Assembly: GCA_038882535.1 (NCBI GenBank)
Contig: JAVZOA010000001.1
Span: 731-64,730 of the forward strand
Reading direction: 5' to 3'
Source: Candidatus Bathyarchaeia archaeon
GTDB taxonomy: Archaea; Thermoproteota; Bathyarchaeia; Bathyarchaeales; Bathycorpusculaceae
DNA: 64,000 nucleotides
Each line of letters starts with the position of its first letter. Within the stretch, counting starts at the first letter, position 1. This document shows positions 29,000 to 37,365 of this stretch, in pieces. A model generated the notes under the pieces. That model had not been told where the DNA came from. It ran no database searches and saw nothing but the letters and a program-made list of their open reading frames with translations. The position numbers and the translations under genes are program-made.

Positions 29000-29356
29000 G
29001 TGAGAGATCCAAATTTTAAGGTTAAGATTTCGAATGTTGAGGAGCCTGTTAAGTTTGTTTTTGTTGATCTACCTGTTGATGTTGGCTTTCCTGTTAGCGT
29101 AGTGCCTTCGCATAAGTTAATGGAGATTGGAGTTAAGCCCATCGACAAAATTAAACTTTCATTGGCTGATGGCAAGGAAGCCATCAGAGATATTGGTGTG
29201 GTGTTTTTTGAGTTGATGGGGCGGAGGACCGTCGGCCCTGTTGTGTTTGGTGAGGAGAAAGATAAAAGCGTTTTAGGTGTTACTGTTCTCAAAACTTTGG
29301 GGTTTATGTTTGACCCCCAAACGGGCAAGTTAAAGCCTAAGAGAATACGCTTTTAA
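29000..29356 (+). CDS. retropepsin-like (clan AA) small aspartic protease paralog, DVGF variant
   Basis: Aligns with the 46736..47200 product: PVDVGFPVSVVPSHKLMEIGV vs LVDTGASGCAIGKELAEKLGL, and SVLGVTVLKTLG vs PILGLDVMRVLG. Confidence 0.6.
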   Translation: MRDPNFKVKISNVEEPVKFVFVDLPVDVGFPVSVVPSHKLMEIGVKPIDKIKLSLADGKEAIRDIGVVFFELMGRRTVGPVVFGEEKDKSVLGVTVLKTLGFMFDPQTGKLKPKRIRF

Positions 29357-29640
29357 CATATCTCCTCAGCTTCTACAATTATTCTGAAGCAAAATTTCGC
29401 AATCGGTCGTTGAAGCATCCTCTCATAAACCTGTTTTGGAATTATATCATCAAAACTTATGATTTCGGGTTTCTCCTTCCTCTTTTCCACAAGTTGTTTT
29501 AGAAGCTCTTGGAACCACCTTTTCATGGGCTCGTGTCCCTTTCCCTCTTCTCTGAGATAGTATGCTGGCTCTTTCTCGAGGCATGATGTTTCATAGTAAG
29601 AGACGAAGTAACCCTCAAAAACCGTCTCTTTCCTAAACAT
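29353..29640 (-). CDS. hypothetical protein
   Basis: 95-aa ORF at the end of the minus-strand late operon. Confidence 0.4.
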   Translation of the reverse strand: MFRKETVFEGYFVSYYETSCLEKEPAYYLREEGKGHEPMKRWFQELLKQLVEKRKEKPEIISFDDIIPKQVYERMLQRPIAKFCFRIIVEAEEIC

Positions 29641-29650
29641 TTCTACACCT

Positions 29651-30016
29651 CTATTTAGTAATGGGCCTTGTATGGATGAGGATGATGGACGCTCCCATCA
29701 TAAGGCATAAGAATGCAAACAGATTCGGATTCACAAAAATGATAGTGTAGGCGCCCACCATTATCATAAGGATCCCTAAAAACACGTCGTAGGCAAACAG
29801 AAACTTCCAATATTTAACTCCCTTCTTCAATGGAAATTGGAACTCTCTCAACAAGAATGAGTAGCCTAAAAAAGAAAGTGAAGATTCCGGTGAGATTAGG
29901 ATTTCTGGAATTGAATAGCCGAGAATGTAGGAGACAAAGGCAAAGGCCAACACGGCAAACCAAAACAGAAAAACTGCATATCCAGTCAACAACAAAACAT
30001 TCTTAAGGTTAGACAT
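29651..30016 (-). CDS. small membrane protein (about 4 TM helices)
   Basis: 121 aa consisting almost entirely of four hydrophobic segments. Confidence 0.55.
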   Translation of the reverse strand: MSNLKNVLLLTGYAVFLFWFAVLAFAFVSYILGYSIPEILISPESSLSFLGYSFLLREFQFPLKKGVKYWKFLFAYDVFLGILMIMVGAYTIIFVNPNLFAFLCLMMGASIILIHTRPITK

Positions 30017-30179
30017 GGGGTCTCACACGCCTCGTCGTCAAATAAAAGTGTCAAAATTCTCGTATAAACATAAAGGCGGTTCGTTTTCCTACGTTTTCTC
30101 TTTGAAATTTAACGAAAAACGGCGAAGAAGCTAAGAACAAGCAAAATTTACATTTTCAAAGCAAAATTACGAAACAATA

Positions 30180-31658
30180 TTATTTCTTCCAGAAAAGATA
30201 AACCTTAGTCTGTGATAGGAGGCCGCAAATTTTAATTAAGTGTGCAAGCCTTGAAAGGCTTGCTTTTTTAACTTCTTTATTGTAGGTTTGCTTTTTTCCG
30301 AATGGCATGTGACAAAAGAAGTATTTCATAAACCGTGCGTGGCTATACTTAATGAAGGCTTCTCTAACCGTTTGAATTTCTTTTTCGTTTAGGCTTTGAA
30401 GCCTGTTTAAAATGTATCTTTCGCTCCCAAGCAGGTGAATGTTGAAGCCCAGTTTCCGTAAAACCTCTGCAATTTTTAGAGCTTGTTTTGGCGGAGGCTG
30501 CTCAACTATTTTTTGCATTCCTGCTTTTTCTGCGAAGGGATTGTATTTTGCCATGACTGCTGGCATTTCCACGTAAGGCGTTCCCACTAAATGTAGTGTT
30601 TCTCTGACAAGTTTTGCCCCTAAACCAATAGTGCGATATTTCGGGTGCACAACAACACGGCTGATTATGCTCAGTTTTTCGTTAAGCTCTTTCATGCTCA
30701 TTTTTGGCAGGACAAGTCTTCTTCCGAAGCATGTCGGCGGCGGGTGGGCATACACGATCACTCCACAAAGCTCGTCGCCTCTTTTTAGACTGAAGATTTT
30801 TCGTGGACCAGCTATTTTGTGACTTCTATAATGGAATTCAGCGAGCTTATGCCAATCTTGAACCGTGCCTTCCTTTATGCGCATCTCTTTGACGAGGCTG
30901 CACTCTTTTGCTGGTTGGTTGGGGTAATAGTTTACGGTTATTTCTTTTCCGAACAGTTTATGGATGTGGACGCTTGGGTTTAAGTCTTCAAAAAGGTCTG
31001 TGTGGGTTGTCGCAGCTAAAACTGCTTTGCCCTGCTGCCTTGCCAGTTTCTGAAGGTTGTAGGCGACTATTTTTGCCGTGTCCCTGTCGAGTGTAGCTGC
31101 GAACTCGTCCATTATCCAGAATTGCGCTTGGCTTTCAATCATTTTGGCTATTTTGTAGCGGTATTTCTGGCCGTCTGAAAGTTGCTCGTAAGTGCGTAGG
31201 AATAGGAAAGCGTCGTTTAAACCGACTCGGCTTAAAAGCTCCAAAGCCTCTTCAAGGCTTTTACCAAGGGTTTCCACGAGAGGCTTGTCGCGGATTATTT
31301 GCTTTTCGACTTCAGCGATGTTTATGCAGGTCCAGTTGGTGTCCCGCCTTATGTCCTCTTCTAATGCCTTTAAAAGGACGCTTTTTCCGCTGCCTGAATC
31401 GCCTGTTATGTAAACGATGTCCGTCGGCCCAATTTTTAACTCAATGTTGTCGTAAATGACAAATTTCTGCCATTTGTCAAGGCCTAAACCGAAAGCTTCA
31501 GCTACTCCAACCACGCGGTCAGTAGGCTCTGGGGCTGCCGTTTCGTAGGCTATGTTGATGATAAACTTGCCTGACTTAACGTCGAATCTGCGTATGTGCT
31601 GCTTGATGACGAAATGTTCAGGCTTGGAAGTTGGCGGCTGCAAGGCTGTCTCCCACAT
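30180..31658 (-). CDS. ABC-type ATPase fused to a GNAT acetyltransferase domain
   Basis: Walker A GDSGSGKS, signature LSDGQ, Walker B FWIMDEF, H-loop TTHTD, then GNAT motif A ISRVVVHPKYRTIGLGAKLV. ATG at 31658 chosen; the longest ORF starts at 31724. Confidence 0.75.
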   Translation of the reverse strand: MWETALQPPTSKPEHFVIKQHIRRFDVKSGKFIINIAYETAAPEPTDRVVGVAEAFGLGLDKWQKFVIYDNIELKIGPTDIVYITGDSGSGKSVLLKALEEDIRRDTNWTCINIAEVEKQIIRDKPLVETLGKSLEEALELLSRVGLNDAFLFLRTYEQLSDGQKYRYKIAKMIESQAQFWIMDEFAATLDRDTAKIVAYNLQKLARQQGKAVLAATTHTDLFEDLNPSVHIHKLFGKEITVNYYPNQPAKECSLVKEMRIKEGTVQDWHKLAEFHYRSHKIAGPRKIFSLKRGDELCGVIVYAHPPPTCFGRRLVLPKMSMKELNEKLSIISRVVVHPKYRTIGLGAKLVRETLHLVGTPYVEMPAVMAKYNPFAEKAGMQKIVEQPPPKQALKIAEVLRKLGFNIHLLGSERYILNRLQSLNEKEIQTVREAFIKYSHARFMKYFFCHMPFGKKQTYNKEVKKASLSRLAHLIKICGLLSQTKVYLFWKK

Positions 31659-32739
31659 TATATTGTTGGGCTGAAGGCGGGGTTGGAGGCGTGAAAGTGA
31701 CTTGTAAAGCCAAAGCGTCAACATAGGCTGTTTCTTTGGATTTTACCGCTGGAACTGGCAGCTCATCCATAAACTGAGCCATAGAATAGCCGTGCTTCTT
31801 TAGGAATACAAAATCGCTTGGGTGAAACTCTTCAAGGCTTAGGAGGGCGTCTGCCCTCTCTAATATGACGTTGTAGGCTTTCGCTTTTCTTATGTGAAGC
31901 TCGGCTCTTTGTATGGGGACATTGACTATTTTATCGCTTAATCGTGTGAGTTTGCATGGTAGCCAAACCCTGTTGCCGTTTCGCAACTGCTCCCAAATCT
32001 GCTTTGACGTCATCTGGGTGTATTCGCTCTCTTTTAGCCCTTCAATCCAGACCCGGTGGGGATGCTCTGCTGTAAACGTGAAATGGGCTTGGTAAGCGAA
32101 CATTTCATTAGTTGCTTTGCTGCGCTTGTAGTGTGGTAGAATGTGAAGCGTTACCCACTCCTCGCCTTCGCTGCACCTAACCTCTTTAACTCTTGCAAAG
32201 CCGAAAATGCCTTCTTCAGCCAAGTAGGCGTGAAGTAAGTCGCCAGCTTTGACCTCTTTTACGTTAACGAACTCTTTTTGGTTGTCTTCCGTGAGCCTTA
32301 TGAAGTAGGTGTTTTCGGAATAGCATCCACCCGTAGCCGATTCTTTCATTTTTATTCTGCAATCCGCGTTGTTGAGCTTGTTCAAGTCCCAGCTCGATTC
32401 GTAGCTTGTTATGTCATACCAGTCCCAAGTTAGGGATGTCCTGTTTGGGCATTGAAGTTCGTGTGCTGCTCCTCCAGAGTCAATATATCTCAAAACTGTG
32501 TAATGATTGTAGCCAGACGGGTTCACTTCATAATGCTTTACACCGACCTTGACAGCCGTTATGACGCTGCCCGGCGGGATGTCGTTTTCAGTGAAGCCCC
32601 ACCCGCCATATTTCACTTCAGAACCGTCTATGCTTGAAGACGTGTAAACGCCATCTTCGGTGTAAGCGTTTTCAGGGCTAACCCATCCTGACACGATTAC
32701 TTGATTTGTGGACGGATTTTTAGTCACCACTTGACTCAT
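31618..32739 (-). CDS. putative tail fibre/receptor-binding protein containing a Hint-like module
   Basis: Last large gene of the tail module. The N-terminus looks like a beta-sandwich. The internal CYSENTYFIRL...VKAGDLL...FTFTAEHPHRVW resembles intein/Hint blocks A and B. The ATG at 32739 overlaps the upstream stop (TAATG). Confidence 0.5.
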   Translation of the reverse strand: MSQVVTKNPSTNQVIVSGWVSPENAYTEDGVYTSSSIDGSEVKYGGWGFTENDIPPGSVITAVKVGVKHYEVNPSGYNHYTVLRYIDSGGAAHELQCPNRTSLTWDWYDITSYESSWDLNKLNNADCRIKMKESATGGCYSENTYFIRLTEDNQKEFVNVKEVKAGDLLHAYLAEEGIFGFARVKEVRCSEGEEWVTLHILPHYKRSKATNEMFAYQAHFTFTAEHPHRVWIEGLKESEYTQMTSKQIWEQLRNGNRVWLPCKLTRLSDKIVNVPIQRAELHIRKAKAYNVILERADALLSLEEFHPSDFVFLKKHGYSMAQFMDELPVPAVKSKETAYVDALALQVTFTPPTPPSAQQYNVGDSLAAANFQA

Positions 32740-33209
32740 TAAGCCTGCACAGCCCCTATACAATAATCAACTGTTCCAGCAGCATCCAAATACAGCACAA
32801 GCGAGTCTCCAGCATTAGACTGCCAAGGTCTCACAAAGCTCTTAACCACGCCAGTTTTAGGCGCGAGCTTTCCTTTGAAAATGTTTTTTCCAGAAGTGCC
32901 AAAATGGAGGCGAACTCCAACATCGGCTGAACCGCTGTTCCATAGGCTTATGTCGTAAACGCGTACGACTTTCTCAGAAACAGGCGAGATTATTGTTGTG
33001 CTGCCTGCAGCCGTCGGCGAGTATGTCCCACTAACCTGATGAGCATCTAAAATGCGGTCCTCAGGCGTTAATTGAAGCTGCCCTTCCAGCATAGCGACTT
33101 TAAGGTTTCCCGCCGACGTGAGTGAGACTGGAAGCTGTTCTGAAACTATTTTGACGGTTTCGTCTTCTTTTGTTTTTACTGGAAGTGTAGTTACAACCTC
33201 TGCTGACAT
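32739..33209 (-). CDS. putative tail tip/baseplate-associated protein
   Basis: 156-aa ORF between the hub-like and fibre-like genes, beta-rich. The call rests on position only. Confidence 0.4.
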   Translation of the reverse strand: MSAEVVTTLPVKTKEDETVKIVSEQLPVSLTSAGNLKVAMLEGQLQLTPEDRILDAHQVSGTYSPTAAGSTTIISPVSEKVVRVYDISLWNSGSADVGVRLHFGTSGKNIFKGKLAPKTGVVKSFVRPWQSNAGDSLVLYLDAAGTVDYCIGAVQA

Positions 33210-33213
33210 TTTA

Positions 33214-34893
33214 TCATGCTCTTTTTAGGGTTGAAACTGCGCCTCTTCCGAGTTTGGTTCTGGAAAGTTTTTCAACGGTTACCGTTGTGCTGCGTAAACC
33301 ATAAAGATAGTCAGCCAATAATGGCGGAGCCTTGCCAAGTTCTAATACAACTTCCAAGGTTTGATTTTTCCCATCAACAACATATTCAACGCTTTCAATG
33401 CGGAAATAACCTGAAACACCCTCGTTAGGCAGTGAAACATAGATTTTGTCCCCCGGAAGTACAGGTGTGTTGCCATAGTCAAGAACTGTGGTTCGCACCA
33501 CAATGTAGTCTGCTGGGTCTTTTAGGTGGTTCAGTAAAGCCCTTGCCCTTAAAAGGCATTCATAGTCGCTGTAGAGTTCCTCGTCTGTTTCGGTTAGCTC
33601 TCTCAAACCATAGAGGTTTTGGCTGTTGGTGTCTTCAACGGTGGCGGAGTATCTGCAGTTTTCAAAGAGTATGTGGTCAACATACATCATTGCGTATTCG
33701 CCGAGTCCGCCTGACTCTGGAAACTGCATGTAGAGGCCTATACGGTTAATGTTGTTCCAGTCCGGGCTGCCGTAAGGCGCCCAATACTCTTCAAGGCTTA
33801 ACTCAATCTTTTTCCAAGTGTTCGGCGAGTCAACAAGGTCGTAAAGCAGTTCCCGATAATAATAGTTGTTTGCGTCTTTGTGAAGCCGCACTTGAATGGT
33901 TGAAGGGTTTACTCCGCTTCTGAAAGGTTGCCATTTAATCCAGAACCGCAGCTTCTTGAAGCCGTCAGGCTCTCTGGCTTTAATTGTGCTTGGCAAAATT
34001 CGGTAAAAGCCAATTCTGTCTTTGGTTGTGGAGTTATAAACCCAGTTAACCCTAATGGAATTGCTGTCTGTGTAAATTTTCTCCCCGTCCTTGGAAACAT
34101 GATCTGGTATGTCGACAACATCATGGTCGTCATAATACGGATACCAATTGTCACGGGTCTCTGTTAAGCCATCTTCGTTATCATCTGAGGGTAGCTTCTT
34201 TTCCAAAGAGCCTAAAACTTTGATTTTGTTGCGAATCCTGAAAATGTCCCTTTGATATTCACTGGCTTCAATTCTGTCTGTAAGGCTTACGGGTGATGTT
34301 TTACTGTTTTTGGGGAAAAATTCAAACTTGCCGTCTGGAGCCACTCTGAAGTCGAAGCCTACAACGCCGTTTTTGTCAGCGGACTCCGCAATATACTTGA
34401 TAATGTCCCAAACAGGCGTGTTCTCATATTCCAGCCACGTATAAGTTGTATCCGTGTTTTCAACAAGTTCTGTGGAATCCCTAACGTGGCTTAATCCTAC
34501 ATAATAATCCAAGAGGTATTTAACGATGGCTTCACCTTTCATGTTTTCAAAGGCACCAGTGAATACTCGGCGGAAAAGGCGTTCTCCCCAGCATCTGCCG
34601 CTGACCAGTGTGTAATGTTCGTTTGGCGTGGATTCATGTTTAATGGATTCAATGCGACAAGTTATTATCTGCGGAACATTAGAGCCTCTGCCAATAAAAA
34701 TGGAGCCGTCCATTCCAACAGCAAGCGGAACAGAACCGTTTGGGCTGTATTTACCGTCCCAATTCTGAAGTAGCAGTTCAAAACTGCTAACCTCTTTTGT
34801 GCAGCCTAAATGCACACGGCACTCGATTACATCGCTTTGCGGAATCCCATAACCGCCGAAGGCTAAAGCCATTTTTGGAGTTTCAACACTCAC
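33214..34893 (-). CDS. putative tail hub / distal tail protein
   Basis: 559 aa, directly downstream of the tape-measure-like gene with a 4-nt overlap. The N-terminus (VIECRVHLGCTKEVSSFELLLQNWDGKYS) resembles gpD/gp27-type hub N-domains. Confidence 0.5.
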   Translation of the reverse strand: MSVETPKMALAFGGYGIPQSDVIECRVHLGCTKEVSSFELLLQNWDGKYSPNGSVPLAVGMDGSIFIGRGSNVPQIITCRIESIKHESTPNEHYTLVSGRCWGERLFRRVFTGAFENMKGEAIVKYLLDYYVGLSHVRDSTELVENTDTTYTWLEYENTPVWDIIKYIAESADKNGVVGFDFRVAPDGKFEFFPKNSKTSPVSLTDRIEASEYQRDIFRIRNKIKVLGSLEKKLPSDDNEDGLTETRDNWYPYYDDHDVVDIPDHVSKDGEKIYTDSNSIRVNWVYNSTTKDRIGFYRILPSTIKAREPDGFKKLRFWIKWQPFRSGVNPSTIQVRLHKDANNYYYRELLYDLVDSPNTWKKIELSLEEYWAPYGSPDWNNINRIGLYMQFPESGGLGEYAMMYVDHILFENCRYSATVEDTNSQNLYGLRELTETDEELYSDYECLLRARALLNHLKDPADYIVVRTTVLDYGNTPVLPGDKIYVSLPNEGVSGYFRIESVEYVVDGKNQTLEVVLELGKAPPLLADYLYGLRSTTVTVEKLSRTKLGRGAVSTLKRA

Positions 34894-35591
34894 GGCTCAA
34901 CACCACGCCTATACATTTCTTCGCCAGCCCGCACAACAGTTCTAACATGCACTGTTCTTCCAGCCATCTCGCTGACAGCTGCATTATATTCCTTGACAGA
35001 TTCCGTGGCGGTGTTCATTTGACTGGCAAACATAGCCATCGCAGCAGCGGCAGCCATAATAACGCCTATACCAACACCCGTCAAAGCCAGAAAAGTGGCG
35101 TGGCTAATGTTTAGGGCGTTTTGAGCGTGAACTGCAAGCCATGTGGCGGCAGCCTTAACCTTATGGGCTGCGGCTACGAGAAGGCTGCTTGAGGCGTTAG
35201 CTGTCTGCATCGTCGTGTTTGTAGCTACGGCTGCCGTGTGTGTCGATGTCAAAACTGTTATGTAATGTTGAACCCTTACGAAAATGCCGAGCAATGTTAT
35301 AACATGCGTTATTGTGCGCATCCACTTGGCGCTTTCACGGTCAATAAGCCCAAAATCAGCAGCTAAAGTAATTAAATGTGAGCCTAACATTCCAATGCTG
35401 CTTATTCCACGGGCAACCGTTAACAGGCTAATGTTACAAGATTCCGCGTGAGCCTTCATCTCGTCAAAGGCTGTTGCAGAGGCTCGGACTTGGCTTCCCA
35501 TGCGTGCAGCGTCGCTGCTAACAGCCTCAAATGTTGGAGTAGCCTCGTTCACGGCTCTTATGGTTACGGCTATTTCGCCGACGCTGCTCAA
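34890..35591 (-). CDS. putative tape measure protein (short, 233 aa)
   Basis: Ala/Thr/Ser-rich helical protein with hydrophobic segments. Sits between the chaperone/gp10-like genes and the hub gene. Confidence 0.5.
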   Translation of the reverse strand: MSSVGEIAVTIRAVNEATPTFEAVSSDAARMGSQVRASATAFDEMKAHAESCNISLLTVARGISSIGMLGSHLITLAADFGLIDRESAKWMRTITHVITLLGIFVRVQHYITVLTSTHTAAVATNTTMQTANASSSLLVAAAHKVKAAATWLAVHAQNALNISHATFLALTGVGIGVIMAAAAAMAMFASQMNTATESVKEYNAAVSEMAGRTVHVRTVVRAGEEMYRRGVEP

Positions 35592-35956
35592 ATTCCAGAA
35601 ACCTCACTTAATGCGTATTGCAAGTTTAAACCCACAGCAGCCAAAAACTGTGATGTGGCTTCTTGAAGGGCTCGTGTCAAAAAGTAGCGTGGTTGAATAT
35701 AGCGGGTTCCAAACTCTTGATAAAGGGCGTAGGGAACGTAACAGCCAACTTTAAAATTGTATTCGTCTACCATTTGCACGTTGATGCTTTGCATAAGCCT
35801 TCCAGTTTTAACAGGCGCCAGTTGTCTCGCACGAGCTTGCACCATTTGAGCTGTCTGTTGTAAGCCTTGCTGAACCCACTTGCTAACTGATCCTGGAAGC
35901 CTCTCCATCCTCCGCCTAAAATCTGCATCTTCAACGGTAACTTCAAACTCTATCAT
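35588..35956 (-). CDS. HK97 gp10-family tail component
   Basis: LAPVKTGRLMQSI ... VPYALYQEFGTRYIQPRYFL matches the gp10-family pattern (PV.TG.L..SI ... YA..vEfGT). Confidence 0.6.
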   Translation of the reverse strand: MIEFEVTVEDADFRRRMERLPGSVSKWVQQGLQQTAQMVQARARQLAPVKTGRLMQSINVQMVDEYNFKVGCYVPYALYQEFGTRYIQPRYFLTRALQEATSQFLAAVGLNLQYALSEVSGI

Positions 35957-36488
35957 CGAAGTTTCACTTCACGTTTAGCTTTCTCCATTTCTTCCATCGT
36001 CTGCCTGTCAATTTCTTCCAAAATAATGAGGAGCTGTTCAATCGCTTTGGCTGGCTGTCTGTCGATCTGGTTTATTGTCCACCCGAACTCTTTTGCAAGC
36101 CTGTAAACCGTGAGGGCAGGATGCGGCTTTCCCCTTCTGATGGCTCGGATAAAAAAGCTGCTTCTTCACGGCTAACGGTGCAAAGCTCGTTGGCAACGCG
36201 GCTGAACAGCTCACCAAGCCCAATTGGAATGCCGTTTTCAGGGTCTTCACTTAACAGCTTATCCAAGGTTATGGGTTTGTTGGGCGGCTGCTCTTTAAGA
36301 GAAGCCCATATTGTTTCTGCTTGAATTGCTGTGTAATCGCTTGCAACCACCTGTCCGGTTATGGGATGGTATTTTGTATATTTTTGGATTATGCGTGTTC
36401 TTTTAGCCCATGTAATCTCTTGGAAGACATATCTGCCTTTGTATTCCTCGCCGTATTCGTCTCCAACATCAACTATTTTCGTTTTCAT
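35953..36488 (-). CDS. tail assembly chaperone, predicted -1 frameshift product (gpGT-like, about 178 aa)
   Basis: The -1 frame is open for 65 codons from the heptamer at 36150-36156 to a TGA at 35953-35955, which overlaps the ATG of the next gene (ATGA). Confidence 0.55.
36072..36488 (-). CDS. tail assembly chaperone, zero-frame product (gpG-like)
   Basis: 138-aa ORF immediately after the tail tube gene. It contains a slippery heptamer 26 codons before its stop. Confidence 0.6.
   Translation of the reverse strand: MKTKIVDVGDEYGEEYKGRYVFQEITWAKRTRIIQKYTKYHPITGQVVASDYTAIQAETIWASLKEQPPNKPITLDKLLSEDPENGIPIGLGELFSRVANELCTVSREEAAFLSEPSEGESRILPSRFTGLQKSSGGQ
36150..36156 (-). other. -1 programmed ribosomal frameshift slippery site U UUU UUA
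   Basis: The minus strand reads GCT TTT TTA in the zero frame (X XXY YYZ = T TTT TTA), inside the overlap of the two chaperone frames. Confidence 0.6.
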
Positions 36489-37348
36489 TACGCTATCACC
36501 ACGTCTCTTGCCACGAATTTGGCTTTGCAGCTTACAATGTCCTCAATTTTCGCTTGAGTTTTCACCCCGTCCCATTTACAGTATTTGAATAGGACGTATC
36601 CGCCGCCCATGACAAATTTTAGGCTGAACTCTGAATCAGCTAACACTTCGTCAAACTCTGTTTTATCCTCAAACTCAAAGTTTACCTCGCCTTCAAGCTC
36701 TCTGTGGCGGGCAACAAGATATTTCAACAAATAGGGCGTTGTGGCTCTCTGAACAGGAACAGCCTTCAAATTATTTTCTATGGAAAACTTCCAGTCTAAA
36801 ACTCGCTCAACAGTTGCTAAGCCGCTGCCGTCAGCAGCTCCTTTCTGAACATAACAGTCTATGGATGTAAGCCCACCTGCATAATCCATGTATGAACCTG
36901 TTTTAGCTGTGCCTGTCGCCAAGTTTTGTCCAATCAATTCGACGGTTGCTTTTACGACCTCTTCAAGGCTGCATTCCACGCTTAACTTGTTGATTCGCAT
37001 ACCGCTATACGTTAAAGTTAAGACATCTGTTGGCGAACTGAAAAGTCCCTTATAATAGACTGTTTGAAGGCTTAAGCTGTTCAATGTATAGGCGTGCTGA
37101 ATAAAGGCTACTGGAGCATCAGCTGGCAAAACATGCCCCAATTTTACCGTTGGATCGCGCACGCCAAGTTTCAAAGCTGCCAAATCTCTGCTTCCAACAG
37201 TCCGCACCTTAATAAGGTTAGGGCTTAACGCTGGCTCAACGCTTTCCGCTGGAATCCCAATCCAAGAAGGGTTGGCTGGCGTCTGACCATAGGTGGATTC
37301 TTGGACGAAATAGACGCGGCATTCATGTGCTCCATATGTTTCAGGCAT
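36488..37348 (-). CDS. putative major tail (tube) protein
   Basis: 286-aa beta-rich protein directly upstream of the chaperone/frameshift pair, which is the canonical position of the tail tube gene. Confidence 0.55.
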   Translation of the reverse strand: MPETYGAHECRVYFVQESTYGQTPANPSWIGIPAESVEPALSPNLIKVRTVGSRDLAALKLGVRDPTVKLGHVLPADAPVAFIQHAYTLNSLSLQTVYYKGLFSSPTDVLTLTYSGMRINKLSVECSLEEVVKATVELIGQNLATGTAKTGSYMDYAGGLTSIDCYVQKGAADGSGLATVERVLDWKFSIENNLKAVPVQRATTPYLLKYLVARHRELEGEVNFEFEDKTEFDEVLADSEFSLKFVMGGGYVLFKYCKWDGVKTQAKIEDIVSCKAKFVARDVVIA

Positions 37349-37365
37349 TTTTCATCCTTACCTTT

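Noticed and set aside
28990-29328. 112-aa minus-strand ORF.
   Set aside because: It lies antisense to the retropepsin-like gene at 29000..29356, which has paralog support.
31789-32325. A true protein-splicing intein in the fibre-like protein.
   Set aside because: N-terminal blocks A and B are present, but there is no terminal His-Asn followed by a Cys/Ser/Thr nucleophile and no homing-endonuclease insert. I report it only as a Hint-like, possibly cleavage-only module.
36038-36250. 70-aa minus-strand ORF overlapping the chaperone gene, as a possible alternative product.
   Set aside because: It is the +1 frame, has no slippery site and ends 34 nt past the zero-frame stop. The frame that runs to the next gene's ATG and follows U UUU UUA is the -1 frame.
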